Shown one piece after another: positions 1-9,078 of a stretch of 51,078 nucleotides of DNA. This DNA is from a virus (taxonomy: Duplodnaviria; Caudoviricetes). Position 1 is the stretch's first letter; every line of letters starts with the position of its first letter. The DNA lies in IMG/VR virus record IMGVR_UViG_3300036830_000098, positions 1-51,078 of that record; one strand, 5' to 3'. The notes beneath the pieces are model-generated. The model did no database searches and was not told the origin of the DNA. It saw only the letters and a program-made list of their open reading frames with translations. Made by a program: the position numbers and the translations under genes.

Positions 1-127
1 CGAACTAGTGCGGCATCGGACCATATGCTACCCATGCAACCTAGCCCGGAAGCGCGACGTAGCCGCGCGAGCACAGTCCACGGAGGCCGGTGCTGTCTAT
101 AATCGAACAACTACGGCAGCATACAGG
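1..127. repeat. 127-bp terminal direct repeat (identical to 50952..51078), marking a circular assembly
   Basis: Bases 1-127 recur exactly at 50952-51078. The length matches a common de Bruijn k-mer overlap, and the repeat falls inside a CDS. Confidence 0.95.
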
Positions 128-475
128 CGCACTCCATTAGGACGAGCCGGCGTCTTAATTTTCTTTGCTGCAAAACGTGCACGCACGGCAGGCCGGGATT
201 TTAACCTAACGCGCGAAGACGTGGCGCGTCGTATCGCAGTCGGTAAATGCGAAGTGACAGGACTGCCTTTCGACATGGCACCCGGTCCTGGCAGTAATCA
301 TGCAAATCCGTGGGCGCCTTCTCTTGACCGAAAAAACAATGCTAAAGGATACACTACTGATAATGTACAGGTAGTCGTTGCGGCCTACAATTACGCGAAG
401 TCGGAGTGGTCCGACGACGTGCTTTTGCGTCTTGCGCATGCTATTGTTGACGCAAACCGCAAAACGGGTGTATGA
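1..475 (+). CDS. HNH-like (His-Me finger) endonuclease, 3' part; the gene starts at 50902 and wraps through the origin
   Basis: In frame with ATG 50902 (MRHRKVKTCSKCGKS...ICYPC, a Zn knuckle). The C-terminal CEVTG...PSLDRKNNAKGYTTDNVQVV..AYNYAK is typical of phage HNH-like nucleases. Confidence 0.75.
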   Translation, partial: ELVRHRTICYPCNLARKRDVAARAQSTEAGAVYNRTTTAAYRRTPLGRAGVLIFFAAKRARTAGRDFNLTREDVARRIAVGKCEVTGLPFDMAPGPGSNHANPWAPSLDRKNNAKGYTTDNVQVVVAAYNYAKSEWSDDVLLRLAHAIVDANRKTGV

Positions 476-477
476 CA
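447..477 (+). promoter_or_regulatory. Putative sigma70-type promoter for the portal operon, overlapping a TGTATGACA motif; probably leaderless
   Basis: TTGACG(447)-N18-TATGAC(471), ATG at 482, no obvious SD. Confidence 0.45.
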
Positions 478-481
478 AGTC

Positions 482-2425
482 ATGCGCGACCTTCCCGTGT
501 TAAAACTCGACCTGAGTAAGCCCGAAACCTTCGGTAATGTCGCGGAAAAACTGGACGCTGACGAACGCCGCCGGCTCGCTACCGACCTGATTGAACTCAT
601 TGGTATCGACGAACAATCCATGTCGGACTGGGCCGGGAAGGCCCAAGGCTACCTCGATAAAGTGGACGCGGAAGGCGACGACTTCCCGCAGGATCGCGAA
701 CAGGAAGGCGCTGCCGAAGAACCGCCACCGTCCACGGAAATGACGCTTGCCGCCGTCATCCAGTTTTCGGCACGCGCGACGGATGCCCTGCTAGGCGAGC
801 CCGATCTGGCACGCGCCAGCGAACCCGGCGGCGAAGGACTTGCCTCTTGGGTTTCAAGCCAGCTCCGCACGCGCGATCCGAACTGGACCCTGGATACCGA
901 TCCGCTTATCGTCCATATGTCGGTCACCGGCCTGGCATGGCGCAAGCGCGATTTTGACGACGACGATAAGGTATTCCACTCTTATTTTCTACCGTCTGTC
1001 GGCTCCAACTCCGTCATCATAAACAGCAACGTACGGTCGATCGAACGTGCTCCGCGCATCACGCATCAATTTGATCGCTACCCTTACGAAATCGAGCGTT
1101 CTATCGAGCGCGGCAGATGGATCGACTACGAACCGAATTACGACGAACAAGACCCGCAGGCGCCGAAACGCTTTTACGAAACCGACGCATGGCTCGATCT
1201 TGACGGCGACGAAATAGACGAGCCGTGGACGATTGTCATCTCGCGCGACGACATGGCGGAAGTAGTTCACATCCGCCCGCGCTGGTCGAAAAAGACGGTC
1301 GTAAACACCGAAGAAGCACTGTTCTTCAATCCTATCCGCCGATTCTATCCGTACCGCTTCCTGCCGGACCCGAAAGGCAGCTTCTTTCCGATGGGCTTCG
1401 GCAAATTGCTGGATCGCACAGAGAGTTCGGCAAACCGCTTGCTGGCGTCCATCGTAGAGACGGCAAAGAGCGAAAGCGAGAATGGCGGTGTTCTTGCCGG
1501 CGGCGGCTTCGGGCTGCCCGATAAAGTCGAACTGAAAAACAACCGCATTGCGACTGTCAACACAGACGGCGCTCCGCTTGCTAATAAGTTTTCGGCGTTC
1601 CCCGTCAAGTCGGTGTCGCCGGGCTCCGTAGCAGTCCTTGAAAAGATCATGACGCTGGGCGACCGCCTGGCCGGAACGCTCAATCTTTTGGAGAACGCAC
1701 CTGCGTCAATGACCGCTACGATGGCGAAGGGCATCATTGACACCGGAACGCAGGTACAGTCCGCCGTACACCGCCGCATGGTCGCGTCCATGACGCAAGA
1801 AATGCGCATGTTCGTACAGATGGCCGATGCCTACGGACAGCTTCCCAGCAGCGTCTCCGTATCGAACGCGAACGGCATTTCGGTAACGGCGGACCCGCAA
1901 CTCGCGACCGAAATGCAGCGCACGGCGCTGGCCGGCATCTATATGGAATTGATGAAAGACCCCATGACGAAATGGGATGAGGTGCGCTTGCGCCTATACC
2001 GCACTTTGCGGCTGCCCGACCCGCAGAAATTGCTCGGCTCGCCGCCGCAGCAGCCGGAAGCGACGCCTTATGAAAAGATCGAAGGCGGCGTAAAGGTGGC
2101 GAAAGTCAACATCGAAAAGATGAAGGCCACGGGTGCCGTTGCCGTACAGCTTACGCAGGCGCTCTTGAACATGGTTGAGGCGAGCGGCGGAATGCTTGAC
2201 AACCGTACAGCGCTGTTGCAAATGGCGCAGTTGGAACAAGCCGTACAATCCTTGATGCAGGACGCGAACAATGCAGGCAGCAGCCTTAGCGGATTGGCTC
2301 CGCAGCCCGGAAACTCAGGCGCTTCTAACGTACCTGCGGTTCCGGCAGGAACCGGCGATATCAATGCTGCTCCAGGGGCTCCCGGTGCCGCCGGAAACGC
2401 AAGCCAAGGCGGCGGGATGCAATGA
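482..2425 (+). CDS. Portal protein
   Basis: 647 aa; acidic N-terminus, GLAWRK, WLDLDGDEIDEPW and F.PMGFGKLL segments, helical C-terminus; precedes the GroES-like and scaffold genes as in related podophages. Confidence 0.8.
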   Translation: MRDLPVLKLDLSKPETFGNVAEKLDADERRRLATDLIELIGIDEQSMSDWAGKAQGYLDKVDAEGDDFPQDREQEGAAEEPPPSTEMTLAAVIQFSARATDALLGEPDLARASEPGGEGLASWVSSQLRTRDPNWTLDTDPLIVHMSVTGLAWRKRDFDDDDKVFHSYFLPSVGSNSVIINSNVRSIERAPRITHQFDRYPYEIERSIERGRWIDYEPNYDEQDPQAPKRFYETDAWLDLDGDEIDEPWTIVISRDDMAEVVHIRPRWSKKTVVNTEEALFFNPIRRFYPYRFLPDPKGSFFPMGFGKLLDRTESSANRLLASIVETAKSESENGGVLAGGGFGLPDKVELKNNRIATVNTDGAPLANKFSAFPVKSVSPGSVAVLEKIMTLGDRLAGTLNLLENAPASMTATMAKGIIDTGTQVQSAVHRRMVASMTQEMRMFVQMADAYGQLPSSVSVSNANGISVTADPQLATEMQRTALAGIYMELMKDPMTKWDEVRLRLYRTLRLPDPQKLLGSPPQQPEATPYEKIEGGVKVAKVNIEKMKATGAVAVQLTQALLNMVEASGGMLDNRTALLQMAQLEQAVQSLMQDANNAGSSLSGLAPQPGNSGASNVPAVPAGTGDINAAPGAPGAAGNASQGGGMQ

Positions 2426-2504
2426 AATCGAACGACTGCTGAAGCAGTCGCCGGACAAGATAAAAGAAATCTTCGAGAACGCAGCCAAGGAAATGAATAA
2501 ATGA
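2271..2504 (+). CDS. Small conserved head-region protein, overlapping the portal 3' end
   Basis: 77 aa helical protein (ADWLRSPETQ); stop abuts the GroES-like ATG; occupies the usual slot between portal and GroES-like genes. Confidence 0.6.
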   Translation: MQAAALADWLRSPETQALLTYLRFRQEPAISMLLQGLPVPPETQAKAAGCNEIERLLKQSPDKIKEIFENAAKEMNK

Positions 2505-2971
2505 GCAACGTCGGAGTCCACGATTTCGCTATACCCCACGAGTTCGTGCAGCCGACGCGCGATATGGTTATCATCCGCATGCCGTTGCCGCCGAAGATGG
2601 TCGGAAGTGTTCATGTTCCCGACCTGGTGCGCGACATGGCGCAGCACAATGTCATGGCTGGTCGCGTCGTCGCGATGGGTCCGCTGGCATTCACCTACAA
2701 AGACGGCAACGGCTTGGCGCGGCAGGATGTAAAAATTGGCGATTGGGTCGTCATCCGTCCTTTCGCCGGTACGCTCATGCAAGGCGGCAAATTGCAGATC
2801 ACGAGCGGCTGGCGCTACGTATCCAGTTTCCAAGACGTGCTTGGTTTGCTGCCGGCCGACAAGATGCCGGACCCGTCAACCTTGGTATGGGACGACGCCG
2901 AAGAACCGCCGAAGACCGCAACGCAAGCGGAATGGCCGAGCAACGTGCGAGAAACGATAAGGATGCCATGA
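2501..2971 (+). CDS. GroES-like co-chaperonin
   Basis: P..D.VII, GSVHVPD, GRVVAMGP and VKIGDWV motifs of the Cpn10 fold. Confidence 0.85.
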   Translation: MSNVGVHDFAIPHEFVQPTRDMVIIRMPLPPKMVGSVHVPDLVRDMAQHNVMAGRVVAMGPLAFTYKDGNGLARQDVKIGDWVVIRPFAGTLMQGGKLQITSGWRYVSSFQDVLGLLPADKMPDPSTLVWDDAEEPPKTATQAEWPSNVRETIRMP

Positions 2972-2972
2972 C

Positions 2973-3635
2973 ATGAGCGACTTTAACACTATGCTGCGTG
3001 AACAGGCGCGCAACGGGCTCCAAGCCCAGCTTGACGCAGCCGTGACCAACGGTGACGCGGCAGCCGCGCGCAAGGTAACCGCCGACCTGGAAAAGCTGGC
3101 GGTGTCCACTGCGCCCAAAGCGCCGCCGTTTTCCGATACGGAAATCCGCGCCGAACTGGACAAGTTGCCGTGGTTCGGCACCGATCCGAAAAAGTCGGCC
3201 AAAGCGGTAGAGTTCGGCAAGACGCTGGACCCGAAGAAATTCGCTACCGCGGCACTGTTTGCGGCTGCGCTGGTCAAGGCCGTCGATGATGAGTTTAAGC
3301 CGCCGGTTGCCGAAACTAAGGAAGAAGACGCCGAAGGCGAGGAAGAGGGCGCCGAAGGCGAGGAAGAGGGCGCTGAAGAGGGCAAGACCAAACCACCGAA
3401 GAAACGCGCCACGGACGGCCCCAACGATGGCGACACGGCAGGGAATCGTACCCGGCGCCCATCCGGCCCGTGGGCGAAAATTACCGATGCGCCGGCCGAC
3501 GTGCAAAAGGAAATCAAACGCCAGGCCGACAAGTTCGTGGCCTCCACGGCTCCCAAAGAGCTGCGCGAGAAATTCGTTACGAAGGCACTGGAAAGCCATT
3601 ACGCAACCTACCTGCGCACCAAGGGAAAGAAGTGA
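2973..3635 (+). CDS. Putative scaffolding protein
   Basis: Helical, PWFG motif, acidic linker with a 21-bp tandem repeat (3329-3373), basic C-terminus; position after the GroES-like gene. Confidence 0.6.
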   Translation: MSDFNTMLREQARNGLQAQLDAAVTNGDAAAARKVTADLEKLAVSTAPKAPPFSDTEIRAELDKLPWFGTDPKKSAKAVEFGKTLDPKKFATAALFAAALVKAVDDEFKPPVAETKEEDAEGEEEGAEGEEEGAEEGKTKPPKKRATDGPNDGDTAGNRTRRPSGPWAKITDAPADVQKEIKRQADKFVASTAPKELREKFVTKALESHYATYLRTKGKK

Positions 3636-3639
3636 CGCC

Positions 3640-4179
3640 ATGAGCACCGATCCTTTCAAGGGAATGCCGGACTTTCTCACGCCGAACCCGCCGGCAGAAA
3701 TGCCCGAGCCGCAGGCGCCCGGCAATGGCGTGGCAGCCGCTTCGCCATTCAAGGAAGCGCTGGACGTGGACGCGATCATAGCCAATCTGACGCTCGATCG
3801 CCCGCTGAAGCTGTTCATCCCCAACCGCGAAAAATTCCCGGATTGGGAGTTTCGCATCATCAACAGCATCCCGTCTGAAATTGCCGATGCCCATAACAAG
3901 GGCTGGAAGGAAGTCACCGACCCGGAAATGACGAAGCTGTTTGTCGAACTGGTCGCCGGGACCGACAAGGACGGCAAGGCGTTCCGCCCGATCCTGTGCT
4001 CGCGTCCGAAGAAAGTCGGAGATCACATCCGTAAGCGTAACCGCTTGCAGCTCGCCAGTCTCTACGCCGGCATGGACCCGAAGAACAAGGAACTGAACGG
4101 GAAGTACACCGCCAACGTGGACGCGAAGGACGGCACGCTGGGCCAGTTCTCCGGTCCCGGTTTCCGCATCAGGGTTTAG
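3640..4179 (+). CDS. Conserved head-region hypothetical protein
   Basis: Start MSTDPFKG at 3640 after AAGGGAAAG; WEFRIIN...KGWKEV motif seen in genes next to scaffolds. Confidence 0.65.
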   Translation: MSTDPFKGMPDFLTPNPPAEMPEPQAPGNGVAAASPFKEALDVDAIIANLTLDRPLKLFIPNREKFPDWEFRIINSIPSEIADAHNKGWKEVTDPEMTKLFVELVAGTDKDGKAFRPILCSRPKKVGDHIRKRNRLQLASLYAGMDPKNKELNGKYTANVDAKDGTLGQFSGPGFRIRV

Positions 4180-4193
4180 CGGCGCACGACCAC

Positions 4194-4286
4194 TTAGCCA
4201 ACCATCCACATCTCGAATGCAGTTGCTAGGGACCAAATCAGCGCCGCGCAACCCGCAAGCAACAGTACTGCCTCAAATGGCGTCAC
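4194..4286 (-). CDS. 30-aa membrane micro-peptide
   Basis: GTG overlaps the upstream stop; MTPFEAVLLLAGCAALIWSLATAFEMWMVG (translated by hand). Confidence 0.4.
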   Translation of the reverse strand: MTPFEAVLLLAGCAALIWSLATAFEMWMVG

Positions 4287-4429
4287 CTGATTTTCCCGAT
4301 TGCTTCGATAACAAGGCTCGTCACGGTTCGGCGTAGTTTCTTTGCCTTGGCCGTGATGCGCGACTTTTCGGCTTTTGACAGCCGGATATCAAGGCGTGCG
4401 AGCTTCTTGATTTTCGCTTCGGATTTCAT
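4283..4429 (-). CDS. Ribbon-helix-helix (Arc/CopG-like) DNA-binding protein, 48 aa
   Basis: MKSEAKIKKLARLDIRLSKAEKSRITAKAKKLRRTVTSLVIEAIGKIR; SD-like AGGGAAAG; TTGACC-N17-TATGAC upstream. Confidence 0.65.
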   Translation of the reverse strand: MKSEAKIKKLARLDIRLSKAEKSRITAKAKKLRRTVTSLVIEAIGKIR

Positions 4430-4483
4430 GACTTTCCCTGTACGGTTGACGCCGGATAGTCATACAGTACAGTTGTGTACAGG

Positions 4484-6025
4484 TCAACCGTCTACGGCCA
4501 TAGAAATCGCGCAGCAATCCCACCTGTCCGGCGAGCGGCCCAGTACGGCGCGTACTTTCTCTTTCAAAGTCATGAAAAGCCGTGCGTTTTCGTCACGACG
4601 ACATCCAGTTTGTCCCCATTTGTAAGCTGCCGCCTCTTCCTGTGCCAGTTTGTCGTTCGGCATCGATACGTTGCCTTGGAGCCAGCGCAGCAACTTGTCG
4701 TGCAGCTCGGCGCGGCGGTTGCCGTACATGACCGAGTTATTCGCGCCGTGGCTGAATACCACGGGCACGATCTTTTCATCACCAAGAGTGCGCATGCGCA
4801 GGCGGCAACCTGCTATCAGGTCGCGCCCATAACCGCCTGTGGCGTCAATAAGTATAGCGTCCATATCGAAACGCTTGAACGTCGCTACCAGCCAATCCGA
4901 TGCTACATTACCGTCCCGGCTCGCCAGCTCGCCCCATACGCGGGCGCCGATCGCGGAACCTTGCCGGTCGCACACAAAAGGCTTGTCCTGGCCGTCGCCA
5001 GCCGGATCGACACAAAGCAGCTTCAAAGCGCCCGCGGACGGCGCAGCTTTGTTCGCCATCGCGGCGGCCACGATAGACGCGGGGTAGAAGTCCAGCGTGC
5101 TATCGGCCATGAAGCATTCACTGTACACGGCGGGATACTCTTGCCGCGTCAGTCTGTGGATTGTCTCAGGCTGGCCGCCGTTCATTGTCGCAATGGTGTA
5201 GTTCTGCAACCAGAACCAATAAAGTTGTTCGGGGTCCAGCCCGTGCATTCGACCGTAGTCCGTGAAGTCCTTCGGCGCGTGCCAGTTGGGTGGGACCGCT
5301 GTGCGGTATTCCGGCATGATGGCCCACGGCAGGAAATGAATGCGCCACGGTCCCTTGTTTTGCTGGCGATTGGCTTCCTCGCACATACTAAAGAACATGC
5401 CGGACTGTCCGTTGCCGGTGCTCTCCATTGCGATCTCAGTACCGGGTAGGTTTTGCACGGTTTGCAGCAAGCCCGAAGACAAGTCTTCCGTGCTGTCGAA
5501 AAATGCGGCTTCCGACAAATGCAGCAAATGAAAATCGTCCGAACGCCCAATATCGCCGCCATCGGCCGATGCGACCTTGTACAGCGATTCCAACTTGTCG
5601 AATATCAGCTCTCGCGCGTTCGACCCGCCAAGATGCGGACGAATCGACTGCGGTAGCTCTTCGTAAAAATGCTTCACTTCGCGATGCAAATTAGTCGCGC
5701 TGTCTGTCCGGTGCGCTACAACTTGTGCGCGGCGCCCCGTTTCCGTGGCCGTGTGGTGGAAGTACCGGCCGCTTATATAGGTGCTGACGCCCATACGGCG
5801 AGCCTTGGGGATTAGCGCCCGCACGGTTCCGAATACTTCGCGCTCGCGTTCAATGCGGGCGTGCAGAAGTTTCTGAGCGTTGTTGAGAATAAAAGGAATG
5901 CGCTCGCCGCCTGATCGGGGACGCACGCGCAAGAACTTTTCCCGGTAATAGTCGAAATTGCGCAACTTTGTCCGAACAGACTCTCTAGCCTGCGTTGACG
6001 ATTCGGGTTGCCACGGGAAGTTCAA
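4484..6025 (-). CDS. terL: Terminase large subunit
   Basis: Q-motif LNNAQ, Walker A-like KARRMGVST, Walker B LHLSE, motif III EST, nuclease CVDPA and SPDRWD. Confidence 0.93.
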   Translation of the reverse strand: MNFPWQPESSTQARESVRTKLRNFDYYREKFLRVRPRSGGERIPFILNNAQKLLHARIEREREVFGTVRALIPKARRMGVSTYISGRYFHHTATETGRRAQVVAHRTDSATNLHREVKHFYEELPQSIRPHLGGSNARELIFDKLESLYKVASADGGDIGRSDDFHLLHLSEAAFFDSTEDLSSGLLQTVQNLPGTEIAMESTGNGQSGMFFSMCEEANRQQNKGPWRIHFLPWAIMPEYRTAVPPNWHAPKDFTDYGRMHGLDPEQLYWFWLQNYTIATMNGGQPETIHRLTRQEYPAVYSECFMADSTLDFYPASIVAAAMANKAAPSAGALKLLCVDPAGDGQDKPFVCDRQGSAIGARVWGELASRDGNVASDWLVATFKRFDMDAILIDATGGYGRDLIAGCRLRMRTLGDEKIVPVVFSHGANNSVMYGNRRAELHDKLLRWLQGNVSMPNDKLAQEEAAAYKWGQTGCRRDENARLFMTLKEKVRAVLGRSPDRWDCCAISMAVDG

Positions 6026-6038
6026 GAGGTCGCCGCAA

Positions 6039-7403
6039 CTAACCTGTCTGGCTGAAAATGCCAGGGTTAATGTTGTCGTTCGCAGGTTTGTCGAGCGCGC
6101 CCTGTTTTTCTTCCAACACTAGGGCAGCAGGTATGGCTGCGGCGTTCCACAGGCCGTTTCCCGCGGCAGCCCAAAAGTACACCGTGTAACTTGTTGATGT
6201 TACGACACCTGGGGCGTCGAAAGCGTACATCGGGACGGCACCCTGGCTACTCTGTCCTGCGATTCCCTGACTGCCGATAGCAGTAGAAGTCCCGCGATAG
6301 ATAGACGATATGGCAGCGCCGGTTGAAGAACCGCCCAGCATTCCGAATGCTTGCGCGCGAATCAAATTGGCGGCAGAAGTGGGAGTGATCGCTCCGGTAA
6401 GATGCGTCGCGGTCGGAGTCGTTCCCGAACCCGTCGTCGCTTGTGAATTTGTAAAATATAGCGTCCGCACTACGGCGCCCGGCTTCGGAATGCCAGGACC
6501 AAACATTTGTAAAGTCGTACATGAACTAGCCCATGTGCCGGCAGTAGCCATCCCGCTGGAGAAATCGCAGTAGCCGATGATACGTACCGCGTCCAAGTTA
6601 ACGCCCGTAGTGGCATACAGCGTCCCAGCGGTGCCGGCACTCCCACTTATGGTAGTGCTGGTTACGAGCGTACTTTCCCATGCCGCACACGAAAAAATAG
6701 TCGTAGTGTTACTGCACGTCGCAACACCCAGCTCAGGCGTCCCTCCATTGTACTCAACAAAAATCCAAACGCGAAAAGGGCATGTACTGCCGTTGGCGCA
6801 ACTGCCGCTATTCGACGAAGTACCGAGTGTCGCACCGGAAGGAACGGTGATGGACAACGGCGCAGAAATGGTGCTCCACGTCACCGTACCTGTCGTCAAC
6901 GCAGTAGACCGGAACGGCACCAATACCGGATTGTTACTGGTCGGCGCGCTGCCATTTGCTTGCGTCAAGTTGATAACCAACGCGCCGCCAGAAGGACTCG
7001 GAACCGACAGACCGAGATTGATCGGCATGTCGTAGCCGGTCTGCACGGCGATGTTTCCGCAACTTTCCCCGACGCCTGCGGTATAGCGGAGCGCTTGATT
7101 GACAGCCGTACACGGCGCCCTAGGAACGTCCACGACAGTCGTTCCGTTCAAACTGCCTTTGTAAGTGTCGGCAGCGCCGGCCGCAAAACCGCTATTGGCG
7201 ATATTGCCGAAAGCCGGATCAGTCGTCGGCCCGGTGCTGACAAACGGCTGGCCCGCGGTTCCGGGTACGGCGGCACCAAAGCCCTGATAGCCGCTACCTT
7301 TACCGATCGGTACGGAGTGATTTGGCGTCTGCCATTGCGCAAACGCAGGAGTGCCAACCAGCAACAATGCAGCGGCGAAGAAGGCGCGGAACGTTTTCAT
7401 CAT
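6039..7403 (-). CDS. Ser/Thr/Gly-rich tail-fibre-like protein with Sec signal peptide and ANDN tail
   Basis: MMKTFRAFFAAALLLVGTPAFA/QWQ; C-terminal ITPTSAAN.I and DAPG...YTVY motifs resembling phage fibre domains; ends KPANDNINPGIFSQTG. Confidence 0.65.
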   Translation of the reverse strand: MMKTFRAFFAAALLLVGTPAFAQWQTPNHSVPIGKGSGYQGFGAAVPGTAGQPFVSTGPTTDPAFGNIANSGFAAGAADTYKGSLNGTTVVDVPRAPCTAVNQALRYTAGVGESCGNIAVQTGYDMPINLGLSVPSPSGGALVINLTQANGSAPTSNNPVLVPFRSTALTTGTVTWSTISAPLSITVPSGATLGTSSNSGSCANGSTCPFRVWIFVEYNGGTPELGVATCSNTTTIFSCAAWESTLVTSTTISGSAGTAGTLYATTGVNLDAVRIIGYCDFSSGMATAGTWASSCTTLQMFGPGIPKPGAVVRTLYFTNSQATTGSGTTPTATHLTGAITPTSAANLIRAQAFGMLGGSSTGAAISSIYRGTSTAIGSQGIAGQSSQGAVPMYAFDAPGVVTSTSYTVYFWAAAGNGLWNAAAIPAALVLEEKQGALDKPANDNINPGIFSQTG

Positions 7404-8017
7404 CCAATAACCCATGAGTTCAGGTTCGGGGACGGCCTAAGAACAATACTAGCGAGTTGGTCAGCAGTGGACAAAAGAGTCCACGAATTTTTCTGCATAA
7501 TTGTTGCGCCATCCGGCGTCGTCAACGCGATTGCGTGGTTCGCCACGTTGGTAGAAAAGTCCACGATTTGAAGTCTGTTGCTGTATATAGAGAACTGCGC
7601 GCCGAGTGGCGGAAGTATGACCGAAGTAGTCGCCGGGTTATTTCTCTGTACGGCTGCCAGCGTAACGCCCGGATTTACGGTGTTGATTGGATCGACCATG
7701 GATTGAAAATCATAAGGCGCTACGATGCCGGCAAGAAACTCAGTCCATAATGTCGGCGTGGCTACCTCGTATTCCGTCGTGACTGAGTTCCATAGGTAAA
7801 ACGTTCCTTCTGCCACCCACGATGGAAGCGCCGGTTTCAACCATGCCGTCGTAGCCTGGTTAACCGTAGGCGCCACCTGTCCAACGGAGAGGCTGAAAAA
7901 TCCGGCACGCGCAAGCGCGGCAATAATGTAATCCAGCCCCGGCATGCGTTCCGAGCGCACGCCGCCGGCCGTGAGCCGCAGCAAGCCTAGAAAATCGGTG
8001 GCTGGGTTGTAACTCAT
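7400..8017 (-). CDS. Virion structural protein (tail-associated)
   Basis: Start MSYNPATD overlaps the upstream stop; beta-rich; lies in the late operon. Confidence 0.6.
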   Translation of the reverse strand: MSYNPATDFLGLLRLTAGGVRSERMPGLDYIIAALARAGFFSLSVGQVAPTVNQATTAWLKPALPSWVAEGTFYLWNSVTTEYEVATPTLWTEFLAGIVAPYDFQSMVDPINTVNPGVTLAAVQRNNPATTSVILPPLGAQFSIYSNRLQIVDFSTNVANHAIALTTPDGATIMQKNSWTLLSTADQLASIVLRPSPNLNSWVIG

Positions 8018-8442
8018 ATGGCGTGCTCGTTTTCCGCCGAATAGAGTGGGTTTAAAGCGACCGCTACGGCTGCTGGATTCGCCGGCCACACGCCAGCCGC
8101 CTTCGGCCCTAAGATAGACGGTTGCAGGCCGTAATTCGGATAGCCGCCCCACATCAGGCAATAATCCCCATCTACGCCTAAATCATTTGTCGGGTGCGCA
8201 GCACTAAACCAATTCAGTGCGGCTTGGTAGGTCGCGGGAACGACGAACAAATAGTTACCCCACGGGCTCGTTTTGTCGTTGCTGCGTTTGGCGTACAGAA
8301 AAAACGTCTGCGTATCTACGTATACATCGCCAACGACGCCGGCACCCGGCGCGGGGTCGCCAGTTCCGCGCAGGACCGGACCAAACTGTTTGGTCTGCGC
8401 AAAAACGCCGCCTTGAAGTGTGCCGTTATCGTAGCCAGACAT
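8014..8442 (-). CDS. Virion structural protein, paralogue of 8446..9078
   Basis: GYDNG...GVVGDVYVDTQTFFLYAKR motif shared with the neighbouring gene. Confidence 0.7.
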   Translation of the reverse strand: MSGYDNGTLQGGVFAQTKQFGPVLRGTGDPAPGAGVVGDVYVDTQTFFLYAKRSNDKTSPWGNYLFVVPATYQAALNWFSAAHPTNDLGVDGDYCLMWGGYPNYGLQPSILGPKAAGVWPANPAAVAVALNPLYSAENEHAI

Positions 8443-8445
8443 GAC

Positions 8446-9078
8446 CTACACCGCGTGCGAATCGGTTGCCGTGTAAAGCGGATTTATTGCAACGCCTGCC
8501 ATCGGAGTCGGCATCGACAAAAGACCCAAATCCGTAACAGGTGAATCAGGAATTTGCGCCACCGGAATGGCCAGAATGTATTCATCGGCTAGCCCAGCTA
8601 CGACCAACTGCGACGACGTACTGTACGCGATCGGAGTGCCTTCATCCGCTAGGCCGACAGGAAGCGCGTAGCCCGCATACGCCGGGTCCAGCAATAGATC
8701 AGGACCGTTACCGCTTTCCGGCCAACTGCCGCCGACTTTCGGGCCGTACACAAAAGGCTCAACGCCGTAGTCACCGTAACCACCCCAAAGCAGGCAATAA
8801 TCACCCGCCACACCTATGCTGTCGTCCGGCAACGAAGTACTGAACCACTTCAAAGTGTTTTGGTACACCGCCGGCACTTCAAACAGATAGTGGCCCCACG
8901 GGTCAGTCTCTTCGGACGCTCGTTTGGCGTATAAGAAGAAAGTTTGCGTGTCGATGTACAAGTCACCGACCACGCCAGCCAGCGGTGACGGCGGCCCAAG
9001 ACCGCGCAAGATTGGGCCGAGCTGCTTTGTCTGCGCTCGTATGCCGCCCCATAACGATCCGTTGTCGTAGCCGCCCAT
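8446..9078 (-). CDS. Virion structural protein, paralogue of 8014..8442
   Basis: GYDNG...GVVGDLYIDTQTFFLYAKR; shared C-terminal NPLY.A...HA. Confidence 0.7.
   Translation of the reverse strand: MGGYDNGSLWGGIRAQTKQLGPILRGLGPPSPLAGVVGDLYIDTQTFFLYAKRASEETDPWGHYLFEVPAVYQNTLKWFSTSLPDDSIGVAGDYCLLWGGYGDYGVEPFVYGPKVGGSWPESGNGPDLLLDPAYAGYALPVGLADEGTPIAYSTSSQLVVAGLADEYILAIPVAQIPDSPVTDLGLLSMPTPMAGVAINPLYTATDSHAV

Noticed and set aside
3329-3373. 21-bp tandem repeat as a regulatory element
   Set aside because: It is an in-frame expansion of an acidic linker (AEGEEEG).
2485-3627. CCAAGG(G)AA words at 2485 and 3619 (and a related word near 9775) as reverse copies of the FPW DNA motif
   Set aside because: They are adequately explained as purine-rich SD sequences of the downstream genes, so I did not count them.
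2799-5449. Long opposite-strand ORFs (2799..3977, 2876..3556, 4475..5449)
   Set aside because: They are shadows of well-supported genes in GC-rich DNA and carry no motifs.
8014-9078. Diversity-generating retroelement TR/VR pair
   Set aside because: No reverse transcriptase is present, and the paralogues differ at all base types rather than only at adenines.
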